DNA of 64,000 nt from Camelus ferus (GCF_009834535.1 NC_045697.1:7132001-7196000), one strand, 5' to 3'; shown: positions 1 to 13,930, numbered from the stretch's first letter. Notes: a model not told the origin generated them from the sequence alone. Numbers and translations: made by a program.

Positions 1-180
1 AATTTCACTTAGTAGGATAATCTCAAGATTCACCCATGTTGCTACAAATGGTATCATTTCATTCTTTTTATGGCTGAGTAGTATTTCATTGTATACATAC
101 AAACACACATATATATGTATGTATGTATGTGTGTGTATATATATGTATTTATATATATACATCACATCTTTATCCAACCG
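1..180 (-). mobile_element. L1 3'-region fragment, inverted part of a probable 5'-inverted L1
   Basis: cacttagt...cccatgttgctacaaatgg...tttatggctgagtagtatttcattgtat is the antisense of a laurasiatherian L1 3' region; it runs off the window edge. Confidence 0.85.
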
Positions 181-183
181 TCT

Positions 184-342
184 ACAAGGTCCTACTCTCT
201 AGCACAGGAAACTATTGAATATCTTGCAATAACCTATAATTCTATAGAATGTGGAAAAGAATATATATGCATAGCTGAATCAATATGTTATACACTAGAA
301 ACTAACACAACATTGTAAATTAACTGTAGTTAAATTAAAAAA
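184..342 (+). mobile_element. L1 3' terminus with A-rich tail
   Basis: acaaggtcctact...agcacaggaaactat...aactaacacaacattgtaaattaact...aaaaaa, same family as 6963-7428. Confidence 0.85.
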
Positions 343-1109
343 GCAGACAGTAACGTGAGCGCTTAGGACTGACCTGCACTGTGAAACATACCGGGGCGGA
401 GCGAGGACTGGCATCCCTGCCTGCAAGCCCCTGAGGCGGAGGCAGGCGTGGACGGAGGTAAAGCACGGCACCACGGCTGGGTTTGAGTTTGTACTGTCTG
501 TATTTTTTTTCCCTTTTCCGAATTAAATTGCTGCTGCTCCTGTGATAGCACTAAATAAAGCAACAGTGAATGACTTTCCTTCATCCCTCACACATACACA
601 CACGGCTGTGATTTCTGTTCATCCCTTACTTTAACAAAATTTTTGAAACACTGTTCAAGTTCAGTATTCCCTTTTTCTTAAGCTATAGGCTTTACAAAAT
701 GAATTAGTGTCTCATTTGCCTCTGATTCAAGCTTTAACTTATCTATAATGCATTTACCTTAAGTAGGAAACACCTGCCTTATTATCTCAGTCATCTTGAA
801 ATCTTTAATCTGTCCAGAACAGCACCTAGATCTTGCACTCAACACAGCCTTCTCTGTGATCTCATGTTACCTTGTTACAAATTCAATTATCATTAGATGA
901 AATATAATTCTATACAGGACATTCAATCATCACCAGACTGATCATTTATTCTTTCTGAATGTTGATGCAAAGTGATTTATATTGCATATTTTTAAAATGT
1001 TGTTAATTATTATTGCTTAAATAACATATTTGAAACAATCTGGCATCTGGGGGAGACATTCAGGAATCCTCAGGATGAATTATTACAAGAGCTCAGAGGT
1101 GGGAGGCGG

Positions 1110-1348
1110 GTGGTTAAAGGGGTGAGTTTGAATTGCACTCTATCCCTTACTTCCTCTTTGGGACCAAGAGCAAGTCATGTGACCCCTATGTGCTTCATTG
1201 TTTTTTTGTTTTTTTTTAACCTGAAATGTAGGGATGGTAACAGTATTAATTCTGTAGGATTGTCATGAGTATTAAAGGAGGTATTACTCCACGAAGCACT
1301 AAGAAGAGGGCCTGGCAAATAGGACACCCTCACTGAATATTATCATCA
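1110..1348 (+). mobile_element. MIR SINE
   Basis: gtggttaaag...caagtcatgtgacc...ctgaaatgtagggatggtaacagta...cctggcaaatagg follows the MIR consensus. Confidence 0.75.
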
Positions 1349-3091
1349 ACACTGTCGGATCCCTGTTTTCCACTGCAGTGACTGAGAAAGGTCGTATTCA
1401 GGTAATCAAAACTGCCAATGCCATGACTTCAGGCATATAAAGTGCATCTCCACCAAGTCGTCTTTGCTTGAAGGGACCAATGCACAAGAGTGAACAGGGT
1501 GCTGGGCTGGGAGTTGGGACCCGGAGTCTAGTCCCAGATTCTGCCCTGACTTTTGTATGACCTCGATCAAGACGCAGAAATATTCTAAGCCTCGTTTACA
1601 AAAGGAAATAATCAGACCATAAATTCTAAGACCATCTGCCTTCTTATAGCTAAAAAGTGAAGGCTTTAGAGAATTAAGAAACATGGCAAGATACTATTAT
1701 CCAAAATTCTGAACAAAGCAATCACTTAAAAATAAAGTTTTACCATTTGGGCCGGCATCAATCTAACATTTCACGGGTTAAAGCCGGCAACATATGTGGA
1801 ATTTCCACACTCCTGAGATTCTGTTAATAAGGGAAAATAAGACAGCTTCTAGCAGGAAAGACTGACTCTTGGGTAGGGTCTCCCCTACCTGCCACTCTGG
1901 TTCTATTCAAATCATATTCAGTGTTCGTTTACCAAACATTCACTGAACTAGGACCTGATTAAGAGATGGATCAGCTAGATTAGAGGACCATCTATAAAGG
2001 ATGCTTCGTCATCGCTGGGCCAAACTACAAATGAAGAAAAGCAGCATTGTATAAAAGGCTTCTCAGTGATAAGAAAATATACAATTAGACCAAGCCCTTC
2101 AGGTTGGGGTGGGGGCAGAGGGGTTGCGTGTGGTGGGATAAGACTTTCCTGCACTCAGCCCCAAAGGGTCTGCTTCACGACCTCTGAGGCTGGATGGAGG
2201 CAGTTGACTCTACAGCTTTTGCTTGTGTGAGTGCGGTATGTAAGCTTGGAAGTGAGCAGAATTGCTGAAGACAACAGAAAAGGACAGAGTCTTGCCACAG
2301 GGGTCCAGCCTCTTGGTTCTCACCACACATCACATTCATCCTCTTCCTAAAGAAATGAAGATGCATTTATTAATGGAGATGCATAATTAATTACTATTAA
2401 TATAATATGGTTATTCTTCAAAGAGCTTGATGAGTAGTAGGATGAGTGAAAACCCAAAGATCAGCCTGCCCAGCGGACCCACCATTCAGTCAAGACCTAG
2501 ATACACTGGCTGTGTATCCAGCACTAGAAGATTGGAGCTACAGTTGGCATCCTGTTTCTTCCCTCGAAAAAGGGTGCATGCAGGGGTGCAGGGTGTGTTG
2601 TGGGGCAAATGCAGGGAGAGGAGGCAAAACTATGTGATGATTGTGCTAAGGTTAGGACTGAGAGAGGGCTAAGGGTACCCTGCCCATTAGCAGTGTGGAG
2701 AGATTCGTAGACAACAGAATCACGGGTACACATACATCACACACCAAGTTATTTTGGTCATATTCACATGTCAAGATGCGAGAAAAGTTGTAACAGAGCT
2801 ACATTTAGAAATAGTTCTTTTTTTTTTTTTTTAATGTGTGTGTGACTCAAAATCAAAGAGGAAAAATGGTGTGGGAATGAATGATCATGTCCCCATACTG
2901 TATTTCTTCCCCCAACTCTTAGTGAACAAGAAGGAAGAAGCAAAGGAAGAGGGAGGGGGACACAGGCGTCTGCATGTGGCTCTCTACACTGCTCCGTCTC
3001 TGGTGGGGTCAGTGGGATTGGATGGGACTTCAGTAGGGTTTCCCCATGAGATTCCCTACTCTACTCTGAAAGGAATTTGCTGAATAAAATC

Positions 3092-3117
3092 TGTGTGTGT
3101 GTGTGTGTGTGTGTGTG
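3092..3117 (+). repeat. (TG)13 microsatellite
   Basis: Perfect TG dinucleotide run. Confidence 0.95.
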
Positions 3118-5919
3118 AGAGAAAGCTCCAATGGTGAACTAAGTTTTCAAGACGTCCTGCGACTCTCACCCTCTGAAAGCCATTGACACACTAGCGAGGC
3201 CAACACGCACCTTGAGGTCCTGCCACGCGATGCTTCCTTGATGACGAGTTTCCAAAGGTGTCAAAAGAATAAAGCTGACTGTAGCCCCCGTGGGCACTGG
3301 GCCACCTGGCTTTCCTCCTTTGACCACCACTTTCCTTCCCCATCAGCTGCTGGGAAAACACAGGCCTGGCTTTGTACTCCAGGCAGGCAGCAGACCCAAA
3401 CCAGCGCTCGGGGCCACCGTCCCACGGGAAAGGAGGGGCTTGGCCAAAGAACAAGGGTTCAAATGAAGTGTTTTTAGCTGCAATTTCTGCTCTGGCTTTC
3501 GACAAGTCTTCTTCCAATGTTTAGGGTCACAGGGGGCAAGACATTTCATAATGCGAGTCACTAAATTAGATTTCAAGATTTCTCCTTCCACGTATTACCC
3601 CTGCTCTTCCATCAGGCACCACTCAGGAGTGTATGTCATTCGCTCGGGACGCAGACACCAGGCCTCCTGAGAGCAGGTCCCTTCCGGGCGTCACCCAGGG
3701 ATACGGGGAGGAGCTAGGTCTCTCCTCAGCCCCCAGAAGCCCACTGTCAAAGGGGCAAGATGGGTGTGGAAATAAATACTTCCAGCCGAGTGAGATGGCG
3801 GAGGCTCTGGGATGGACACTTTTGGCAACTTAAAGGGAGCCAGGAAGAGAAAGCTTGGGACATGCTTCATGGAAAACACCCGAGAAACATTCAGAGGTCT
3901 GATGAGGACAAAAACCAAGTTTAACACTTTTTAAGTGACTTCCAGGCTAAAGTATATAAACAGAAAAATAGAGAAATAAACAGAATAATGTGGGACGATC
4001 AAAGCAAGTGAGTTGACGTCTGCTGGGGTTTCAGTCCTGGCTTAGTTATTTGATCGCAGAAAAGCGACGCGCCTCTCTGGGTTGTAATTTTTCTCATCCA
4101 AAGAAAGGGGATGCTTCCTACCAATTTGAAAATTAAACGTAATATTAAAGAAAAACGCCTTGGCCCACCTGACACAGGGTAGACCCTCCAAACATAGGAG
4201 CTGGAGAATAGTCATGCGATCAATAGTAGCGTGATGATGTTAGAGAAGAGAAAAATAGAAGAACAATAATCACAATTAAAATGTAGATTTTATAACAACT
4301 AGGCTTCCTAAATGACTTCCAAAAATTGACAAGAAAAACCATTCTTCAGGGAAAGTGGAACGTTTTGAGCATTGAGAGCGATGTGGAGAGAGAGAGATGA
4401 CAAAAAACAGCAGAATGAAAAACGCCAAGTGGCTCTTAGTCTAATGTGTTTGAAGGACAACTATTGTAAGACAATTAGCCTTTGCCCCATCTTTTGCAAA
4501 GGACAGTAAGGCCTCCTTAAGGAAGAGAAGGCAGCAGGTGAAGGCAATTCTGAACATGTGCGATTGTTTAAATCAGCAGAGCCGCAGCCGATGTAACCCG
4601 CATCCTGACCAACGGCTCGCTGCCAATCCAGAGCCCTCTGCCACTTCTGCTGGGATCTGTGCGGAGGGGGACGCGTGGCTGCGATCAGAGCAAGGCCAAG
4701 GCAGCTGCCACGTTCAAGACTAAACAGTGCAAAGCCACCCCTGGAACAGGGGCCTGCCAGGCCGGGGAAAGGCTGACACGCGCAGGGTGGCCTGCGATCA
4801 GGAAAGGACAGAGAGCCGGCTGGCACTGACTTTACCCAGAGGACATTTTTTGGGGTCACTTTCACTCCTTAGTGGGCCACCATGGATGGCTGCCCATCAG
4901 AGCTCAAGAAATCTGAACTGACACATCAGGCTTCTCTCAAACATGGATATTTCTGTGTAAGATAATGGTGCTTCCCCTCCCAGCCACTGTGACCCGAGGC
5001 TGTTTTCCTTCCTTCTCCCCACGCACATCCACATTCCACAGAGCAATCACGCACTGAGACCGTGGACCAGGCACCAGTGGGTGCAAATCTCTAAAAGCAG
5101 CAGTTTATCCCGCTCTCCTGGGGCAGCTGTTTCCTGAGGGATGCAGCCAAGACCACAAGCAATTAGAGCAACGTCTCTGTGCCAAACGGAGCACTCCAGG
5201 AGGACTGAGCAAACCCTGCCCCGCTGGCTAGGGAGGCTCAGATAGACCCCACATCTCAGTGCTTCCTCCCCTCGGATGCGTGTGTACACCCAGGTGGGTG
5301 GCAGGACTCTATCCACTCAAGGCTCTTGGAGACTCAGAAAGACAGGACACCGGCTGCCTTGGACGGTGAGGGCACCGTGCAGATGGAGGAGAAAATGCGG
5401 AGCCTGGGCTGGCCCTTCGTTTCCCCTCACATCCACTGCCTGCAGCGAGTCACAGGGCCACACTGACCTACAGATAGGAAAAGTGCAACCCTACTACGTG
5501 CCTGGAAGAGAGAGAGCCACCGGGCTGCCCCCATGCAGTGGGGGGATGGGAGAGCATCCAGTACAGACCTGAGGGAAAGACAGAATCTGGGCCTAATGAG
5601 AAAGCGAGGAGGCTGGCGGAGGAAACAGCATGGGCTGAGGGTGGGAGCGTCCAGGTTCCTGATTTATCTGGGGGACAGTGGGCAGCCCTACAGTTGGAAC
5701 ACAAGGTGTGTGTACAGAACAAAGGATGGCGAAGGATGAGTCGTGAAAGATCAGGACTTGAATTGCATCGTCACTTGTACTATATTAAAAAAAAAAAAAA
5801 CAGCAAAAGAAAAGCTAGGTTCTGTGCAACCGCCATGTGCATTAAATGCTCTGTCTGCATCACCACATTTAATCCTGACAAATCTATAAAACAGAATATG
5901 TTGCGGTCCTTAGTTTTCT

Positions 5920-6060
5920 TAATTCAACAATTATTTCTTGGGTGCCAACTGCCTGCCAGGCACTGGTTCAGAATTGATCCAGGTCTGAGGGGTCCAGACA
6001 CAGCCTCCATCTTTCTACAATTCCATCTACTAGAACAGATTAAACATTAAATAAATAAGT
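5920..6060 (-). mobile_element. L2 3' end fragment
   Basis: attcaacaattatttcttgggtgccaactgcctgccaggcactg is the antisense L2 terminus. Confidence 0.6.
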
Positions 6061-6559
6061 GTATGAAAAAATACATAATTAAAAATTACAACGAGTATGT
6101 AAGGTTTAGGGAGTTGGTTACCTTGCCCAAAGGGATACCGTGATGAACAGATGTGGCTGGGCCCAGATCGCTTCTGCATTTAGGAGTCCTGCACGTAAAC
6201 ACTAACATTGCAAATAATAGGGGTCTATAGGACATTTGCATCAGGGGACAGGGCAGGGACCTGATGATGTTTCTCTTTTGCAAAGACTGCTCAGGTCAGA
6301 GCTAGAGAAATCAACATAGAGAAATACTGCAGACGGCAAATGGTTGTAAAAGTTATGGAGCTGGGGATGGAAAGAAAAGCAAAGCCAGAAGAAGACAAGA
6401 TTCGCATTTTAGCTGAAGACAGCAATGAAAGAGGCATTATAAATCTTGGCAGAACCCATCACCAACTGCAAGATACAAACATAAACGTAATAGTTGTTCA
6501 AAGACAAGAGGGACCTGCTCAGGATTAGCGTATTCAGTTAATGGTCCTCTTCCACGGGT

Positions 6560-6850
6560 GGCCTCAGTTTCTTCTGGAATTCTGGCCTGTGGGCATGTGA
6601 CCATGTTTTTGGCTGATGGGACCTACAGAGGAATTCTCTGTAGGCTTTTGAGAAGGGTTTCCTCCCCTGATTAAAAGAAGACGGTTTCCTAGCATTGCTC
6701 TCTTCCTGTGTTAGAGCAGGGTGATGAAGGAGGCTGCTGGGGGCACCGTGGTCCTCTTACCAGGGGGACGGGGATCGGCAGAAGGAGGAGGTGGACTGGA
6801 AGGCGACACACAGCTAGACCCTTAATGACACCTTTTATCTGCTTCTCTCA
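6560..6850 (+). mobile_element. ERVL-type LTR fragment (LTR16-like)
   Basis: ggcatgtgaccatgtttttggctgatggga...gagaagggtttcctcccctgattaaaag resembles LTR16 family; highly diverged. Confidence 0.4.
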
Positions 6851-6962
6851 CAAAGTCAGGCTAGCCAGCAAGAAAAGCTAACAATCACTACAGAGTGCGG
6901 CATTAGAGATACTTAGTAACAGATCCTCAAATCAGTGTTTTACATGTGTTATCAAATGTGAT

Positions 6963-7428
6963 ACAAAAATAATTAAATAACACCATTTGCAGCAACAGAG
7001 ACGGACCTGGAGATCGTCACACTAAGTGAAGTAAGCCAGCAAGAGAAAGAGAAATACCATATGATAACATTTATATGTGGAATCTAAAAAAAGGCACAAG
7101 TGAACTTATTTACAAAACAGAGACAGACTCACAGACACGGAAAACAAACTTATGGTTACCCAGAGGGGAAAGGGAGGTGGAAGGATAAATTGGGAGTTCA
7201 GGATTTGCAGATTCTAACTACTATATATAAAATAAACAACAGGTCCAACTGTATAGCGCAGGGAACTATATTCAATATCTTACAATAGCCTATAATAAAA
7301 AATCATATGAAAGGATGTATGTATAATGGAATTATTATAATGTACACCAGAAATTAACACAACATTGTGAATCAACTATACCTTCATAATAAAGAACATT
7401 TAAAGTTTAAAAAAAGTTAAAATTAAAA
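6963..7428 (+). mobile_element. 5'-truncated lineage L1 with TSD, inserted in a MIR remnant
   Basis: ccatttgcagcaac...ctaagtgaagtaagccag...cagggaactatattcaatatc...A-rich tail; TSD AAATGTGAT at 6954-6962 and 7429-7437. Confidence 0.92.
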
Positions 7429-9615
7429 AAATGTGATTTTTTGAAACAAAATTTCCGTGGGGAAGTATAACTCCACTTAGCAAGTGAGGCAATTGAGATT
7501 CAGAAAAACAAACTCATTTCCCCGCCTCAAGTCAGATACCTCAAGTAATACACTGCCTTCTGGAGCTGGAGCCATTCTCCTGTGCTGTGAACTCCGAAGT
7601 GCTCTGGCCCTGAAGGGGCTCCCCACTCGCCGAAGGTCTGAGGAGGAGGCACCCGTCCCCCCAGAAAAGGTCAGTTCCTGTGATGCGTGTGTAGATGGGG
7701 CTGAGAGAGCAGGAGGGAGGGGACCTTCCCAGAGAGAAATTGGGGCAGGAGAGGTGCCACCCTGAAACTCATCTTTAAGAAGGCCCCTCATTTAATGAAT
7801 GGAAATATAAAACCCAACACAAATAACAAGCCCCTTCATGGCAAGAGGGGCACCATGGCTGGTGCCATCACCAGATGGCACTGGGTTCTCTTGTCTCCAG
7901 TTTTCATCCAGGACTTTGTGCTGTCATAGGACAGGGAGAAAGGCCGGAGCTCCCTGTTTCTATTACATTCCGTATTCTTTCCAGTTTCACCATAACAGTT
8001 TTTGCATTCTTCCCTCAGGGCCATGGGCATTAAGTCAGGGTCCTGAGAAGCCTTGGGAGGGGGAGAGGGCATGCCATTTACTTAAATGACCCAGTCCAGA
8101 TTTAGTCAGGGACTCTTGCCCGTTCTTTGAATCCTCCGCTGCTTCTAATGGTTTCCTGTCCTGTCTTCTCCTCTGTCCTCTCTCTTCTCTGGTTCTCTCT
8201 CGCCCTCCCTTTCTCTCTGTACTTTGTCCCTGTCTTCCCCTAACACTCCTGCCATACCTTGTCCGCACTGATGCTTCTAATCTGTTGATCCAAAAAATGA
8301 AATACTAAGAATAAGGTTTGCTTGAATTCTATAAATTAAGACTAGAGAAACAAAGGGCAAAGGACTTAGACAGTCTCCCATGAATATGATGCAAAGACTC
8401 AGTCCATGGTCTCTGTGACATGACACCGACTTTGCAATCTAGAGGTCTACACTGCTTTCTTTTGTCATCTCATATTAAGAAGTTTTCAAAGCACAAAGTA
8501 TCTCTTCAGTGAACTCAGTGGAGCTATTAAGCACTTTAAAAAAAAAATGCTGACTATGAGCCAAACACTGTGTAAATGCTTACTTGGTTTGATGTGCACT
8601 AAGCAATCCTCTGCTATAAATTTTAATTACACCCATTTTGAAGAGGTGGAGACTGAGGCTTAAAGATGAGAACTAACTCGCCTCCTATTGCGTGGCTGAG
8701 AAGAAACACAGCGGATCTAACCGGATCTCTCTGGTTAATTAAGGCTACATGCTCAACCACCACCCTGTTTTCCCTTTCTGGTCCACATTCCACATAAACA
8801 CACTGCTAGGAAGCAGCCCAGGTTAAGTGAGGAGTTAGATGCAACAGAAAGGGATTCTTTTGGCGTGAGTAATATTTCACTGCTGAAGAAAGCATAAAGC
8901 TCTGCTTGAGAAAGCCGGCCCGCGACCAGAGTCTTGCTTCGTTAGCTCCCCACCAGGGTATTATCTGACATGGAAACACAACGTTTTCATAGCCATCCTC
9001 AGAACAATATATTCATTCCAGCAGTCCTGGGGAGAGCTTGGCTCAGTTTATAACCCGAGGTCACCTACTCGGGAGGAGTGAGTCTGAAAGGGCCTCTCAC
9101 TGTTTTATTAGCTTTGGATTCTTCTGATGAGGGAGAAATTACACGTGTGAGTCCTCAAAGCACAAAGTGTCCCTTCAGCGTGCTCAGTGGAGCCCTTGTA
9201 TGAGCCTGGTTGTTTCAATTCCAGCCCTACAGTAACAAGCTCGGAGCAATATTTGTTTGAATGACGTGCTGTGTTAGTGGACTGGACGCTCTCCCCAGGT
9301 GGCCTCACGGGGTTGAAATGCCTTCTTCCCAACGGGTGTTGGGAATAATCTTGTGTGTGCACGGGAGAGGAACAGACCTGCTTATTAAACACCCTGAGAG
9401 ATCTGGCTTGGTCCACACTTCTTTTAGCAAATAAGTAAGCATGCTTTGGTTTGATCTGTTGCTTGGGGTGATGTGTTGCTTAGCTCATCAGAGACCAGAC
9501 ACATTTTCTCCTTGGCCCATAGCCTGGCTAAGTCATTTTGCCTCCAAATCACCACACTCTCCCCTCTTTAACTGCCTTTTCACCAAAGGCATCACCCAGA
9601 ACTGTCATCACAAGA

Positions 9616-9799
9616 ATAGAGATGTTTTAATAAAATATAGGACTTCCAGTTACATTTAAGTCTCAGGAAAAACAATGAATCATGTCTAAATATTGAGTAT
9701 CTGGGATGTACACCTAGACTGACACATTATGTGTTATTTATCTGGAGTTCAAATTTAACGGAGTGTCCTTATTTCTGTTTGTAAAATCCGGGCACTCTG
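9616..9799. mobile_element. MER53-like palindromic hAT MITE (diverged)
   Basis: ataaaatataggacttccagttacatttaag ... atctggagttcaaatttaacggagtgtcct form diverged inverted halves like the copy at 45375. Confidence 0.7.
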
Positions 9800-12199
9800 C
9801 ACAAGAAGAATATAAGTTTTCTCGAGCATTATGCTTGGTGTTTTAAATTAGCAATCTCCTTTAATCCTCATTAGAATGTTGAAAAATCCGAGCCCCAGAA
9901 AAACTGTTTTATTTCTCAGGATGATACAATCAGTAAGGCAGGAGATCAGAAGTTCAAACAGATGTGACTTCAAAAGCCATGCTCTTTCCACCCCAAGAAT
10001 AACTCCAGCATATAATTCTAGAAATCTGTCATTGACAGCTTCTCCCTCCCTCCTGTCCGGGACACTGGGAAAAACTGGGTTTCAGATGTCATTTAAATCA
10101 AGTGCAGGTGAGTTTTCCAGAGCAGGAGCGAGCCTGCTTTCAGTCCAGGCCCCTCAAGTGTTCATTTTTCTGAGCGCAGCAAGAAGAGCGTGCCTTTTCA
10201 CTCCAGCTGCATCTGCAAACACCTTTCTCCCACTGCATTTGAACTGCTGAGACAGGACTCTGATTTACTCTCCTAAGGAGTGAAGACATTTACATAAAAC
10301 ACCCTACTGCAGGCTGGCCTAATTCACAGGAATTCTCCGGGAAATTCAGCAAGACACAAAACGCATCTCGGAAAGTGCTGAAATGGAAGTTCTGAACGGA
10401 TAAAAGGAGGCATGAACGTTTTGAATCTAAATATAGTTCTCAGCTTATGAAAAGGTGGGCTGCTCTGTCCTCCAGGGATTGAACCATCTCCACCTTGAGC
10501 CAGCTGCTCACTGCAGGTGGAGTGTCACGACCACCGTGGATCCGGGGTCTGCTGCCTTCGCTCTGAGGATCTGAGATCTAACCGCTTCACTTCTGGATCT
10601 CAGTTCCCTTAAATATAAATTGAAGATGCTAAGAGCTCCCTGTCTCCCTTGAAGGACTGGGCACAGGAGGAAAACGAGACAGTGGATATTCGTGTACTAG
10701 GTGGAAGTATAGAGTTATTGTTTTCATTCTTCTCTCTCTTTTTTTTTTCATTTTAAAATTCTTTTTTAATTGTTTCCATTCTTTTTATGCCCAAATACTT
10801 TTGTGCCGACAGGATCTAGTCAGGAAAGGTTTTGTGTTTAACATGTCACTTACTCACCTGGGCTGACAGCATTGGGAACCCCTATAATGGACCACTGAGG
10901 TCTCACCTAGGGGTGGGGCCGTATTTTGACCCTTGTATGATCATTCTTTGGCTTTTTGTCTCCAAGCCTCTCTCCTTCCTCAAGTATCTCTTTCCCCTTG
11001 AAGCCGTTCCTAATTCCCCAGACAGAAATGTTGCCTCTTGTTTCTTTTCTGAGCAACTACTTGGAACCAGACACGCTGCTCGGGACGGGAGAAACAAGCC
11101 CGCACCTGCAGGTGCCTGCACACCCAGGGCGCAGTCTGCCGGGGGAGTGAGAGGTAGTGAGCCAACCAAGTAACAAGGTGACTCCAGATAATCACTGCGG
11201 CTATGGAAGAGACTGTTGCAATGGAAGAAATAAATAGGGTGATTGGAGGGAAGGTTTTCTCAAAGACAATGTGACCTGATGACCGGCAAAGGCCCACGTA
11301 GGATGCGTTTCTCACCTCATATGCAAAAAATCGCTGATTTATCTGATCACCATACTAAGCTTTAAGTTCATCAAGAACAAGCACTATTTTTTAATCTTCT
11401 GCACAACTGCCCTGAACAGTCACTATCAAACGTGGGGCTGACTTGGGAGAGGGGGTATGAGAGTTTCAAAGGGCACAAGTACTTTTCATGCTTAGAACAG
11501 ACTTTTTAAATAGTTCATTTTTGTGATACAAAAAGAAATTAATGAAATTTGGTCATAATACAAAATGTCATGGCTAGGTAAAAAAAAAAAAAATTAAAGT
11601 TTAAAAAACTCTCCACTGATGATGGGGTACAGGCTTCAAAGAGGTTGAGAAGCACAGACCTAAACAGTTCCTGGTACATATCAGATGCCCAATTAAAAAA
11701 GTGCTCAAGGGTCAAAACTCAGTAGTTGCAACATCCTTCCCACCCTCCTCACTCATGTTCGCCGTCGACTCCTTGGTGGTCATTTGTTAACGTCCTCCAC
11801 GCTGGTCCACAGCTTCCCTGAGGACTGGCCCTTGGTTGGTTTTACTGGTTCATATATTCAAGCACCTAATCCAGTGCCTGGCAGCAGGTGGACACGCAGT
11901 GAACATGATCGATAGTTGATTTCATTAAAATTAAGAGTATAGTCTGTTATTAGAAATTTATCAGCCATAGCAACTCCCAGAATATAATCAAGGGTCCAAA
12001 CCCCCAACACCCTAACATCTTTTATGTCGGACAAGGAAACCTGACTTTGGTTATGTTGAGTCAGAGACTGAACTTGGAGATTCCTGGCCACTTGCCTAAG
12101 GTTTTATCCCAGCACCTAACATTTCATATGGCTTTCCCTGGACTTATTTTTCCTTTTAGCACATCACTATCTAATCTAGGATGGATTGTCCATATCCAT

Positions 12200-12345
12200 C
12201 TTGCTTTTTCCTGTCTCTTCCACTGGAAGATAAGCAGAAGGGCAAGGATTTCCATCTGTTTTATTCCCTATTGAGTCACCAGGGAGTAGAGCAACACTTG
12301 GTACATGACTGGAACTCAATAAAACACGGGTTAAAGGGGTAAATG
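12200..12345 (+). mobile_element. L2 3' end
   Basis: tgtctcttccactggaagataagc...agggcaaggat...actcaataaa. Confidence 0.6.
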
Positions 12346-13639
12346 TGATTGGCGTAACTGCTTACAGGACAGAGAAGAGGCAGACCACAAATAAACCCTC
12401 TGTAAAAGTGAAGGTTAACTCATTGGTACAGGGTCTACACCACACTCTCGACACACCCCGGCCTAGATTTTCTGAATAACTGATTTTACTGAGTCTCATA
12501 TTCCAACCAATTTCTTTTCTATCCTCAGAACCTGGGGGCCATGAATTGGGGCCTGTGGGACATAGATGAGGAGGCCGACCTTACAGAAGTGTTTTCTTTG
12601 GCCCACACAATAAATTTTTTTAAACACTGAATTAGCTGCTGGCACTGAAAAGTCAGCAGAATCTACATAAAATTGTGAACACAAAGCCTATATGGAAAAG
12701 AAAAAATCGGATGCCACAAGACAGGGCCTGAGTTCCGACTTGTGTGCTGGTTTGGAGCTGAAGCATCCCCTGACCCAGCCTGTCCCGGGTCCCTTTTCCT
12801 TCAGGCTATTACTTGCCAGGCTGCTGAAGGCATTTGAGTGAGCGACCCCTGCTGGAAAGTTCCCAAAGTGCATATACAACATGGGAGGGGAAAAAAAAAA
12901 GTAAAGATGCCCACTGGGATCTATTTCTGTTATGTTCAGGCTATTTCTTGGAAGAATAATGCATTCATTTCTCTAGAACTCTTGTCGTATCACATAACTA
13001 TTGACAAACTATGGCCCAGTAAATGTGATTCTAACGGCCTGATAAAGCTATGCTATGAGCTCTAATTCCCCGGGGATAGAGGAAGCTGAGAAGGCTTCAT
13101 GCCAGAGGCAGGACCGAAGATGAATTGTGAGAGGCTATGTATGCATCAGCTGGTTACAATTTCGGCTAAATCAGATAGAGGAGGAATTTACTTGAAGACT
13201 ATGAGTCACCGCTGGGAATTAACGATAAGCTGAAATGCCAGCCTGGAAACAAGAAGGAACGAAGGGAACCAGGGAACGCGTCAGGACCAAGCCACAGGAA
13301 CAGCACCCCTGGGACATCCTGGGACATTGAGGCTGCTGCTGCTGCCACTTATTTCATGACCCATGGTGGTAAAGAAATGCTCAGCTGTCCTTTTGTCCTT
13401 TAGCTAGTCCCTCAAGTTTCCAAGTCTCAGACAGGATCATCCACCTGAGCCCTGGTTCAGAGCTCGGAGATATGGAGATACAGACACAGAGGAAGAGCCC
13501 TGCCTCCTATGGAAAAGTCCCCTTAGAAGGGGAGGGTGGTATCCTCTGAATACGAAGGCTGTTCAGTTTCTGGGAAACTTCTAAAATGCAAAAGTGCATG
13601 GAGTAGGAGAACTGTGAGTGGAGGTGGAAGGGAGGGGGC

Positions 13640-13930
13640 CATGCAGGCAGTACAGTGGAATGGAATGAGAACAGACAGACCTGAACTCCAATCTGGAATC
13701 CTCTGTACCTTCAGAAAATTAAGTAACTTTTCTAATCGGCAGATTCCAAATCTTTAAAATAGAAATGATGCCATCTGCCTGTGCACAGCACAGGGTTGCT
13801 GTGAAGATCCAGCTCAGTCATTCATTCACTTATTTCAAAAATACTTATCAAGCATTTATTAAGTGTCAGGCCCTTCGCTAGGTCCTGGGGACCGATGTGG
13901 AACAACAGAAATGCAATAGAGAGACGGTGC
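13640..13930. mobile_element. MIR (+) abutting L2 3' end (-)
   Basis: MIR-like 13640-13810; cattcattcacttatttcaaaaatacttatcaagcatttattaagtgtcaggc from ~13815 is antisense L2. Confidence 0.65.

Noticed and set aside
5538..6050. 170 aa plus-strand ORF
   Set aside because: Runs through a poly(A) tract and MIR/L2 remnants
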